Shown here: piece by piece, positions 29,301-41,300 of the stretch | How positions within the stretch are numbered: position 1 is the first letter of the stretch | How the letters are laid out: every line of letters starts with the position of its first letter | From: a virus | IMG/VR virus record: IMGVR_UViG_3300047552_001072 | Span: 1-64,000 of that record | DNA length: 64,000 bases | Direction: 5' to 3' (one strand) | Translations under genes and position numbers: made by a program | The notes under the pieces: model-generated | Told to the model about the DNA's origin: nothing | The model's database searches: none | What the model saw: only the letters and a program-made list of their open reading frames with translations

Positions 29301-32300
29301 TAAAGGAGTTAAGTATTCTATTAAAATATATGATAGAAAAACTTTAGCAGATGATACTGAAGTTCAAGCTTCAGGATTTAGACCTAAACCAGGTGTTCCT
29401 TATTTAGTTATAAGTAATCCTAAAGGCGATGGTCAAGTAGAAACAAGAACTCAATTTATTAGATTAACTCCTAGAAAACTAAATAAAGGAGATATATCTG
29501 AGAATGGATTCTTACATCCTCTAAGAAAGTTATATGAAGCTGTAAGAGAGTTAGGTACTCAAATATATCCTGATAATCCGAATAAGGTACTAGGTAATAC
29601 TGTAGTCAATAGCTTAATCATGAAAATGGCTAATGCTAAAGATAATAAGGGTGAAAGAGCATTTCAATTAAATGAAGATGGTAAAGTAATTCTTAATAGA
29701 CATATTTACACTTATAAAGATTATTTAGATGGAGTATCTAAGGGTTATAAAGAATTTGTAGGAGAAGGAGCTGATAAGATATCTGAAGAACAATTTGATA
29801 AAATTAAATTAGCTGCAGAAAAAATTATTCCTTTATACTATGGCAAACGATATAAGAAAGTTGAATTAACATTTGATACAATAGAAGAAGCTACTCAGTA
29901 CGCAGAGTCAATTAAAGACTCAGGTAAAATATTGTTTAAAGCTAAAATAGATGAAGACAGTAAACATCCTGACAATCTCTATTATGTTAAACATGTTAAA
30001 CAAAGTAAGAATGATAAAGATGTATTTGATGTAGAAATGTATCTTGCTGCTGGTGCTGGAGAAGCTCAGAAAGTAATGAATCAACTAGCTCAAGCAAATA
30101 CACAATTTAAGTTTAGAAAGATTGTAACTAAGGATAAGAAGAAGATTGCTACTTCAAAATCTATTATGTCTACTTCATTATCTAAAGAAGCCTATAGAAA
30201 TTCATTAGCTAAAATTCTTGAAGATGTTTATAAAGATAAACAAACTAAGAATGGGGAAGCTATTGATCAAAAAGTAATAAACAAACTTAGAGGAGGTAGT
30301 TTAAAATATCTTGAGAATTATATTCAAAAGAGGGGAATAGACAGAGCTTCATTAGATGTTTTAATGAATGAAGAAGCAATTCATCCTATTACTTTAGCAG
30401 ACTTAGAGACTGTAGTAGGAGATACAGCATTTAAAGATAATGAACATAGATTTGTAGAAGGAGGATATCTCGCTTTACCTTTAGGTATGATTTCAGTTAA
30501 CTATCATGGAGCTAACTTAGATAAACAAGAAAGTGTAGATAAGATAGAATCGATGATGGGTTCTAAATTAGATGAAGTTAAAGGTGGTACTGTTGTTATT
30601 GGTAAGATAGGTGACACCATTAGTACTAAAAAAGAAATAGTAGAAGAAAAACCTTTACAAGAAACATCTTTTAGATCTTCAGAAAGAGAAATTACAGAAT
30701 ATGATAATTCAATAGAAAGATTAACTAATAATATTAATGAAGTTAATTCTACAGAAGATGAAGGAGAATTAAGTAATAAGTTTAGTCAATATGAAAAAGA
30801 ATTAAATGAATTAAGAGATATTGATACTATTACTTATAATGAAATACTTGAATTACAAAACCAAGGAAAAAATAAAGAAGCTTTAGATCAATTACTTAAT
30901 TCTATTAAGAATCTTAGAGAAAATGAAGTTGTAGTTGATTTAGAACCTGAAGTTATTCAAGAGTCAGAATTAACTCAAGAAGAGTTTGTATATGATGATA
31001 ATAAATACTTTATAAAAGATAATAAATTTTATAGAGAAGATAGTCTATTGGATTCTATTGAAGAGATTACAGAAGAAGAATATAATGCTGCTAAGATAGA
31101 TAAAGATCGTAGATACTTTACTGTAGAAGATACTCAAGATCTAGGAAAAGAATTAACAATAGATGAAGCTGTTAAAGTAGCTAAGAAGATACTACCTAAA
31201 TTAAAAATAGGTAACCAAAGCTGGTTAAAGGCTAAGTTATTCTCATTCTTAAATATACCAATATCTAATGAAGTTGAATTAAAATTCTTAGATAAATTAG
31301 AATTCGAAGCTATATCAGGAAGAAAAGATTCACTTGGTATTTATATTGATGGCACTATCTATTTATTAAAAGATAATAAAGGTGGTATTAGAGAAGGTGT
31401 GTTACGACATGAGTTAATGCATAAAGTATACTGGGAATATCTAACAGCTAGAGATAGATCTGCTATTAGACGTTCTGCTCGTAGATCTGACCCTAGTACT
31501 GAGAAAATGAGTACCGTCGAGTTTGAAGAATGGTTATCGAATAGATTTATGTCTTACAAAGATAATCAATTCAATGAACAAGGTAGAATAAAACAATTCT
31601 TTTCAAATATATATAGACTTCTTAAATTCATTACAGGAAATGTAACTGAAATTAATGATTTATTTAACTTAGTTGATAAAGGATACTATAGAAAAAATAT
31701 GGCTGACTTCTCAAGAAGTATCAGACGTAATTATGTAGATATAAAAAATAACTTTGAAAGTGCTGCAATATTTAAAGAATCAGTATTTGCTGTTCAATCA
31801 CACTTCTCTTCTTTACTAGACATTAATCCAAAAGATCCTAATAAGAAAGTATATACGTATAATGAAGCGTATCATGCTACCAAGGATTCTATGCTTAACT
31901 TAAAGAATAGAAAAGAAAAAGACTTGGTTAAATATAACGAAGCTCTTCAAAAAGCTATTACAGATAATGATGCAGATAAACAACAAAAAATCTTAGCAGC
32001 TATTGAAAAGCTTGAAAAAGATTTAGTTGTATTTAGAACTCTATTTGATGGAAAAAGTAATAAGAACTATGACATAGTAACTTTATATTTATTCCCTGAT
32101 GGATTTACTAAACAACATTATTCATCTATCAAAAGAAAAATATCTGAAGAAGATATTAATGATATAATAGAACTTGACTCAGAAACATTATCAGATGATT
32201 TAGAGATTGTTAACTTAAATGATGTTATTGCAGAATCTAAGCATATAGATAATGAGGCTAAACAAAGTAGTGCAGTTAAATTATTACTATCTAATATCAA

Positions 32301-35300
32301 AGATCCTGCAACAGGAGAATGGATTATTCCCCGTGTAGCTTTTGCTAAATGTTTGAAATTTATGGAATCTATTTCTTTTGAAGTAGAAGTTATTAAAGAC
32401 AAAACAGGAGCAATTAGAAAAGTAGGATTCTTACAAAGATTTAAAGAGTCTATTGCTAAGTCAGCAGGATTAGATAGTAAAGCAGATATTTCTGGAGCAG
32501 GAGCTATATATTTAGTTTATAAAAAAATTAAAGAATACTATGAGTCAGCTTTAATGCCAGAGTATAATGATTATAATGGAACTACATTTACTCAAAAAAG
32601 AAGATTGCCAAAAGGTATATTCTTTTTAAATCCTGATGTACTTATAGTAGCAAGAGATTTTACTGAAGATGTAGATTATAAAGGATTAACATATGATCAA
32701 CTAAATGCCAAAGTAGTACAAGGTAAGGTATTTGTTTTCCATAGAAAAGATGCTGAACAATTACTTATTAAAAACTCTCTTGAAGCAGATAAGAAAAAAG
32801 TAAATGTAAGTACTGAAAAAGTTGTAGAAGCTTTTGAAGCCATTATAAGAAGTAAAATTAACCAAGGATTAATTAAAGGATTTCCAGAGAATGCTAATAA
32901 CTTAGCTAGAATTTCTATGATTAGAGAAGCTTGGAGATCTGAACAATCTAAAAATGCTTTAGCAGAATTCTACAGTTTATTCTCATCTATGATGGAAGAC
33001 CACATGATGTTAGCTAAGTATGATGTATTTGAAAATAGAACAACGTATATAAGAGCAGGTGCTAATTCAAATTCATTATCTGTTAAATCAGATATTGAAC
33101 AAGGTATTATCAGTAAGATAACTTTGATAGCTGAGGGGTTAAAAGGAGATTATCAGAAAGCATATAAAGCTTTTATTGGAGGCACACCTGGAAAAGGTCA
33201 CATGACTTGGAGTGAGATAGAATCTAAATTAAGTAGTACTTCATCTAGTGATGCTGTTCAAGGAATAAAAGATTTTCTTAACTTTATTGGTATTGTTATT
33301 AACGCTAATGAATTAAGTCTAAAAGATCCATTTAAAACAGCTGAAGACATTAAGTTTTTTGTAGAAGAACATATGTCAACTGTAGGTACATTTAAACCTG
33401 CACCGATAAACTCTATTCCTAAAGAAGAGAAAGATGCGCTGTCTGATGATGAGATTGCAGAATTATCTGTTCAACAAGAGATAACTATTTATGATGTCAT
33501 AGAAGAACAAGGTTCTTTGATAGGAAGATTAGCAACTGACATCTCATCTAGTACTCGGTGGGTTAGACCAAATTCTGTAAAAGATAGTTCTAAAAATACA
33601 GTATTCTTATTTCATAACTCTACTCAAGCTAATGATACTTTAATAGCTGTAGCTAAAGTATTTAAAGAAAGATTTAAAGGCGGTGGTGGAACATTGCGTA
33701 ATGTTAAGTTACCTGAATATCTAAAACATAAAATCTATACTAAAGGTAATATCTTTGCTAAAGGCATTAACCATATTCACGATACCTATGAACATGATGG
33801 TACAATAGATGTAGTAAATGATAAGGCTACCTCTTACATGAGAGAATCTAAATCTAAGTTTTTCTCAAGAGTACTTAATGCTAGTATGGCATTTATGATT
33901 AACGGTTCTAGAGAAGGTAATCCAAGATATATTCAATGGGTATACACTATTTCTAATAAACCAAGGATTACAGGTGCGGGAGTTGATTTTCTTTCTCCTA
34001 AACAAATTAAAGAAGCCTTAGGTACATATTTAATAAAAGTAAGTTTAAGACCTGATTTAAGTAATTTAATTAAAAATCATAAGAAGTATAAAAATACTAA
34101 TTTTGAAATATTAGATACTGTACTAGGTGGAAACTCTAATATGGCAGATGCTATATCGAAAGCGGTTATTAATGAAACACTAACTAAATATGGGGAGGAG
34201 TTAGTTAATGAAATGTACGATGAATTAACAAAACTATCTAGAGAATTTGCAGAAGAATTAGCTTATGATCAATTTAAGTTTGATGCTAGGTTTATGAAAG
34301 CACATAAAAAACTTAAAGCAGAAGGTAAGTTGGATTCTAATATACCTGGTACATTAAAAGTGGACCATAAAGATGAGGTTAAGAATTTTGATGCATCAAG
34401 AAAATATAATCACACTGTAGATGAGATTCATGGTACAGTAGATATGATGTTTAAGAATATGTATGTTAACTCATACTTTTTAGTAGATTTATTAGCAGGT
34501 GATGCAAGTTTCTTTAGTAATGCTTTAGATTTGGTTAAACGTATGTCAGGGGTATTTGCTCCAGGTATGAAAGGTTTAGTACACCCAGAACTTGGTATGA
34601 AGAAAAAATATCGTACTGCATGTATATCTGATATAGTAGAAGGTAAAGATTCAATAGCTGAATCAGTATCTATGATGCTTCTTAATAAACCATATACTGA
34701 ACTTAATTCAGATCAATTAAAAGAAGTTGATAAAATATTAGCTTTATTTGGTAGTAGTTATAAACCTACAGATGGTCAGGCATTTATGTTACCTGAAATG
34801 GCTGCTGAAATTGAAAAAGGTTTTGGTAGAGCATTTAAAGCAGGACATATCTTTAAAGCAGCTCATTATGAGAATGCTACAAAGAAAATAACTGATCCTG
34901 ACGGTAATGAAATAGAAGTTCTTATTCCAGTAATGGATAAATATTCTATTGTAAATTTATCTGATGATCTTTGTAATAGATTTCCTTTATTAGGAAATTT
35001 AAGAAGAAATATGCGAATGAATGGTAAAGGTCAAGAGCCTATATATTTAGTAACATTTGCTTCTGCTAGAAAAGTTGGAGGACCAGTTAAACCTACTGAT
35101 AGTAAACAATTACTACAAGATAATGGAACATTTACTAAAGATTCAATTATAGAATTGAGTTTTGAGAATCTTCGTATGCAATCTAATCCTGATCATATCA
35201 CTTTTGATAGTGAGAAAGGAGTAGCTAATCCATCTCAGTTGGGTTATATGATTTTGTTACAACAACATCTATTAGCAGAAGGAGATAGAACAGCAAAAGT

Positions 35301-38300
35301 AATTCATGAGTATACTGCAAAATTAATTGAAAAAGGTTTAGGTAAATTTAAAAGAAGAATAACTGATGAAGATGGTAAGCTATCTTTAACTAAGTTATCT
35401 AAATATATATTTGAAGCAATGTCTGGAAAAGGTAATGAACGTTATCAAGAACTTCTTGGTGAAGGTGTTTCATTCCAAGCTCCTTATATTGTTAATAAAG
35501 CATTAACACAAATAGCTGCAGACGTAACTAAATCTTCTGTAGGATTCAGATTACCTGGTGAAAAGCTTATTTTACAAACAGACTTTGGTATTGAAGTAAA
35601 TAAAAAGAATAAAGCTCTTAGAGAAAAATTAAAGTTTAACCAAAGTGAAGATAAAGGTCACTTAGAAGCTGAAGTAATTTTCCCTGAAGGAGTTTTACCA
35701 AGAGAAGTAGAAGACTCTATTAAAGAGATGCTTAAAACTGGAAAGAGATTCTTCACCACTTCTGATATGTTAGGTTTCCGTATTCCTTCTACAGAGTTAC
35801 ACTCTGCTGTAGCAATTAAGATTGCAGGATTCTATGACTCTCGAGGTACAAATGCTATTATCGCACCTAAAGAACTTGTAGTATTACATGGATCTGACTT
35901 TGACGTTGACTCCTTGTTTATGCTTGTTAGATCTTTCTATAAACCAGAAGAAGCAGAATTATTTGGGTACGAGGCAAGTTCACCAATAGGCTATGAGTTA
36001 GTTAATAAAGAATATCATCCAATAGCTAAGGATAAATTTGAAAAGATCATATCTGAATTAAAAGAACAATATAAAGAGGATAAAAAGAAATTAAAGCTTA
36101 TAGATAAAGTAGAAGATAAATATTATACCAATGTTATTACTCAAGGTTTTATAGATATGATTCTTAAACCTGAGAATAGATCTCGTATGGTCGAACCTAT
36201 TAGTATGGAAATATTTAATGGTGATGGTGAAGATACTATGTTTACTATGTTAAAAGATCTTCAACAAAGACGTTATAAACATATTCATGGTGATAAAGCT
36301 ACCAAAGAAGGAATAGAAGAAGCAGGTGAGGTACAACAAAGACCTGATTTAAGTAATCCTTCAGGTAATTATAAAGTATTTAAGTCGTCTATGGACGGAG
36401 CTGCACTTGTAGGTGTATTTGCTAATGGTTTTAAATCATTAGCTTATATGTTAAACTCTGGTGATTATGGTAATAATACTGTAGCAGTTAAAAAAGAACT
36501 TAAGAAATTAAAAGAAGCTAAAAAAGTACAGGAGACTTTACTGTCAAATGTTAATGAAGAACTTCGTAAACTTGACCCTAGTACTAATCCTGAATCGGTT
36601 AAACAACGTGAGAAAAAACGTGACGAGTTATTAAGTATTCTTAAAGAAACTGAAAGAACTATAGAAGAACTTACTGCTAAATCTAAAACTTCTAAAGATG
36701 AAAAATCAACTACTCCTTTCTTAAATGTACCCGCTATTAAATTAGGTGGTAAGATATTTGATAGAATTAGAGAATTTGAAGTAGGTAAAGACGGGTGGCC
36801 AGTATGGAGAACACTAGATGCTTTAGTTAACTCAGCGATAGATAACGTTAAAGAACAAATTCTTCCAACTATTAATGCCTCTGGATTAACCTCTAATGCT
36901 TATGTAGCTTTAATAGGACTTGGTGTTCCTTTAAGAACAACTGTACTATTAATGAGACAACCTGCAATAGAACAAATGAGTTCTACTGGATTTAAGACTT
37001 CTGAAATCAATAAGAAAAAAGAAGCTTTAGAAGAAATGTTTAAAGCTATTTCTCAAGAAGATTTAGAATTATTACCTATATATGCTCAACAAGAACAATT
37101 AACAGATCTTGATTTAGAAGATGCTTTTATAAAAGATTTAATCGATTTTAGAGCATACGATAATGGTGATATGGATAAAGCATTTAAAGATGTTATTGAT
37201 CCTGAACATTCTATTGTAAGACAGTACGCAATATTATTAGAAGTAGAAAAAGCTATGAATATTGGAGAAGATATTTCTACAATGAGTTCTGCTTTAAATA
37301 TCATTAGACAATTTCCAAGTAATAAAGCAGACATGTCTACTACCCAAGAAAAATGGGAAGAGATGTTTGATTTTAAGGAAGACGAAGTAAAAATGAGAGA
37401 TTCATTCTCTTTTGATATTCCTGCATTGTTTAATAATAATCCACACATTAAATTAGCATATGAAGCATTTAAGTACTTGGTAGATTCTATTGAAACAATG
37501 TTTCTTAAACACGATAAGGCTTTAACTAAATTAGCTACTGAAATAGTTAAGACTTCTAATATGTCTATTGGTACTAAGAATGAAACAATAGAAACAGTTA
37601 AAAGTGACTTTGTTAAATTTATAGCTTCTGGTATTCCATTAATGGAAAAAATTAATTTAAGATTAACTAAAGAATATAGAACTGCTACAGGAGTAAAAGA
37701 TTATACTACTGGAGCTGAAGCTTGGTCACAAGCATTCTTAGATAAGTTAGAAGATGTTAAATTATTTTTAAAAGCACATAACATTTCTAATGGATTTATA
37801 GAAAATATTGCTATTAGACCAGGAAGATTTGATACAAGGTACGCACAATTTACTGCAGGTAATAATTTGAAGTTAGAAGATTTCTTATTATTCCAAGAGG
37901 ATTTTGTAAAATTAAATAGAGTAAATATAGATGATAAAGGTAATATTACATATAGTTATACGCCTAATGTTGGTTATACAGAATTTCAACAAGACTTTGT
38001 AAGATATGCAATCTTAAACTTTGGTTTACAATTTGGATCTACAAACTATTCTACTTCTTTACCTCCAGATATTGTTAAACCTTATATGGATGAGTTAGAT
38101 GCAGAATTAAAAGAAGCATTAACTAAATTAGATGTATATAAAGAATTATTTGAAGTTCAAGAGGTAATTGAAAGAGGTAATAATGTTGGAGAAACTCGTA
38201 AGAAACCAACAAGAGTTGAAGTAGCTCAAGGTACTTGGAGAAGTGCAGCATATGATAAAGCTTATGGTATATATTATAATTTAAGATTTGATCTTAAAGG

Positions 38301-41300
38301 TAAAGACACTATGGGTGACTTCTTAAAATTTGGTAAGAATGTATTTAAGAAAATAAAAATAGCTGTAGAATCTGACGAGCAATCTAACTTTCCTGTATTC
38401 TATACTAAGATAGGTACTTTAAAAAGAAGAATAGGATTATTCTTTAGAAAAGAGTTAGCAGAGAAATACTCTACTGCATTAGCTTTTGATAGTTCAATAT
38501 TATCTAGAGCAGTAGCTGATCCTGACAATACAACTAAAGTATCTATTTCTGATAACTACTATAATGATATTAAGACAAAAGACGAACATGGTACTGGGTC
38601 TATCATAATGCTATATCCTACAAATGATGGAGCAAGAATGTATAGAAAGTATTATATGGTAACTAAGAAATTAACTGATCCTAAAGTTAATGAGTATGGT
38701 ATTAATGAAATGGAATTCGAGATAACTCCATTAGAAAATAAAGATTATGAACAATACATTGACTCTAAAGGAGAAGATTATAAATTAGTTAAAAAAGTAT
38801 CTAAGGTAGAATTAAATTATAAAGGTACTAAATCTTCTATTACAACTGCAGATAGAAATAAATTCTTATCTCTTGAGAATGTATTAAAAGATATACAAGT
38901 TAATGGATCTACTGCAGGTAAATTAATGGCTAATTTATTCTTAAGTCCAGAATTCTCTTCAGCTGTAAAAGGATTAACAGTTAGAACTATTAATGTAAAA
39001 GAGACTGATAAAGGAAATGTAATTGGACATTGGGTTAATAATTATCCTAAAGAAATTTCTATTGCTGTGCAATACCCAGATGGAACAAGAGTTTCACCAG
39101 AAATAATTGAATCAACTATAATACATGAATTAACTCATGCTTTAACTTGGTTTAATTTACATACTCCTGATAATAAATTATCAAGAGATCAAGTAAGAGC
39201 TAAAGCTAACTTACATAAACTATTCAAAGTAGCTTCAGAAGCTATGAAGAAAAAATATAAAGATGAGTTTAAAGCTGGTGCAGGTAAATTCTATGGATTT
39301 ACAAATATTGATGAATTTGTTGCAGAAACATTTAGTAATCCTGAGTTCCAGGCTGAATTAGATTCATTTAAAATTGATACAGGTAAGAAATATTCTTTAT
39401 TAACTAAATTTGTAGAGTTCTTCAAAAGATTGCTAGGAGTTGTAGAAAATGATTCTTTACTATCACAGGTATTAAATAACTCATTCTACTTAATAGATAA
39501 TCCTATTAATAAAGGTTCTGTAGTTATAGATACTAATGAGATATTCTATAAGATAGGTAATTCTAAACCTGCAGAAGTTTCTGGAATAACTAAGAATGTA
39601 CTAGAACAAAGTAAGTATATAAATGTAGCTACAGACTCTAATGGAGAACAATTAGACCATTATATTTATTCTATTACAAACAAAGCTTGGAATCGTGTAA
39701 CTGATAACTATACTGGATTTATTTCTAAGTTTGTTAGTACTACTCCTAAGGAAAAGGGATTAACTAGTTCTCAATTAAAAGCTGAAGGAGTATTTAAAGG
39801 TGTACCTAAAGGAACAGCTATTCCAATTGATGGTATTAAAAAAGATCTTACTAAAGAAGAATATATACAATATTTAGATGACTTAAATGCTGTAGGTATT
39901 GCTAAAGGTAAAGTAATGCATAAGTGGCTAGAGTTATTATCTTGGAATAAATACTCTAATAAATCTAAAGAAGATTTAGAAGATGAGTTAGAGGAAGCTT
40001 TAGAGAATGCTCCTGTACCAGATGCTGAAACATCTTATGGATGGATTGAACAAGTTTATGATAAGTTATTAGATAAACTTCAATTAAACTCACATAAGGA
40101 TAATGTGCCAGAGGATCAAAAAGATAAAATATTCTCTGAGGTAACTATAGGTAGTCCACTACTTAAATACGCAGGTACTATGGATATGTTAGTAGAGCAT
40201 AGTGATGGATCTTACTCTATCATAGATTGGAAGACTGGTAGAAGTATTGAAAAAGAAACACATGATGTTCTTATGAAATACGGTAATCAGTTTAATCATA
40301 TGTTTGCTGATCCTAAAACCAAGAACCAATTGCAGGTAATGTTTTATGCATTCATGATGAAAGTAGAAAATCCAGATGCAATTTTTAGAAATTTAGATAT
40401 CATGTGGATTCCTAATAAGTATGAGGCTTTAGCATATGATCCTTATAATAAAGCAAATCATGCTAATTTCTTACGTATGATTGAGCAATACTATAAGTCT
40501 GAAGAACCTAGAATATATGAACAAATACTAGAGAAAAGTCCTAACGCATTTAATCCTAAACATTATAATGCAACAGACCCTACTTTAGCTGGTAGAATGT
40601 TAGCTGAGAATAAAACAGCTGAACAAGTTATTATAGCAACTCAAAATGAATTAAAATGGAAAATCCAAGCTAAATTGGATAAAAGATTATTAACTCATGA
40701 TGATATGCAAGAGATTAAGAAATTAACCCTTGAACTAGTTGCATTTGCTAAACAAGAAGGATATAATATTCAAAACTGGTCAGATGATATCTCTTATGGT
40801 TCTAGATGGTTTGGTATTAATGCAGATGTTAATCATCCTATTGTTAACTTATACCAAGCTAGATTAAATGAAGGATTAGATAAAGCTAATTCTGAGTTTA
40901 CTAGAGATATGGCTAAGTTTAATAGATTAGTTAAAAAAATATCAGAAGATTACGTAGCTAGTAAAATGCCTGGTAAAGGATTCTTACGTAAAGCAACACT
41001 TAAAAAATATGATCCGTTGACTAATGAATTATATGAACCATTCTATACAACATTTACAGAAGATGGTGTAACTTTGGAGAGATTCTTACATAAAAATGAG
41101 AAAGATCCTGAAAAGAAAAAAGCTTATGAGGCTTTAACAAAGAATCAAAAAGAGTTTATAGATTTTGTTAATGAAAGATTTGCATCACCATTTAAAGGAG
41201 ACTCAGCATTCTTAAATAGAACTGCAGTTAAAGATAAACCTAATATGGTTGGTGGTATTGAGATGGGAGTTAAGAATTATTCTGACTTAGAGTTATTTAA

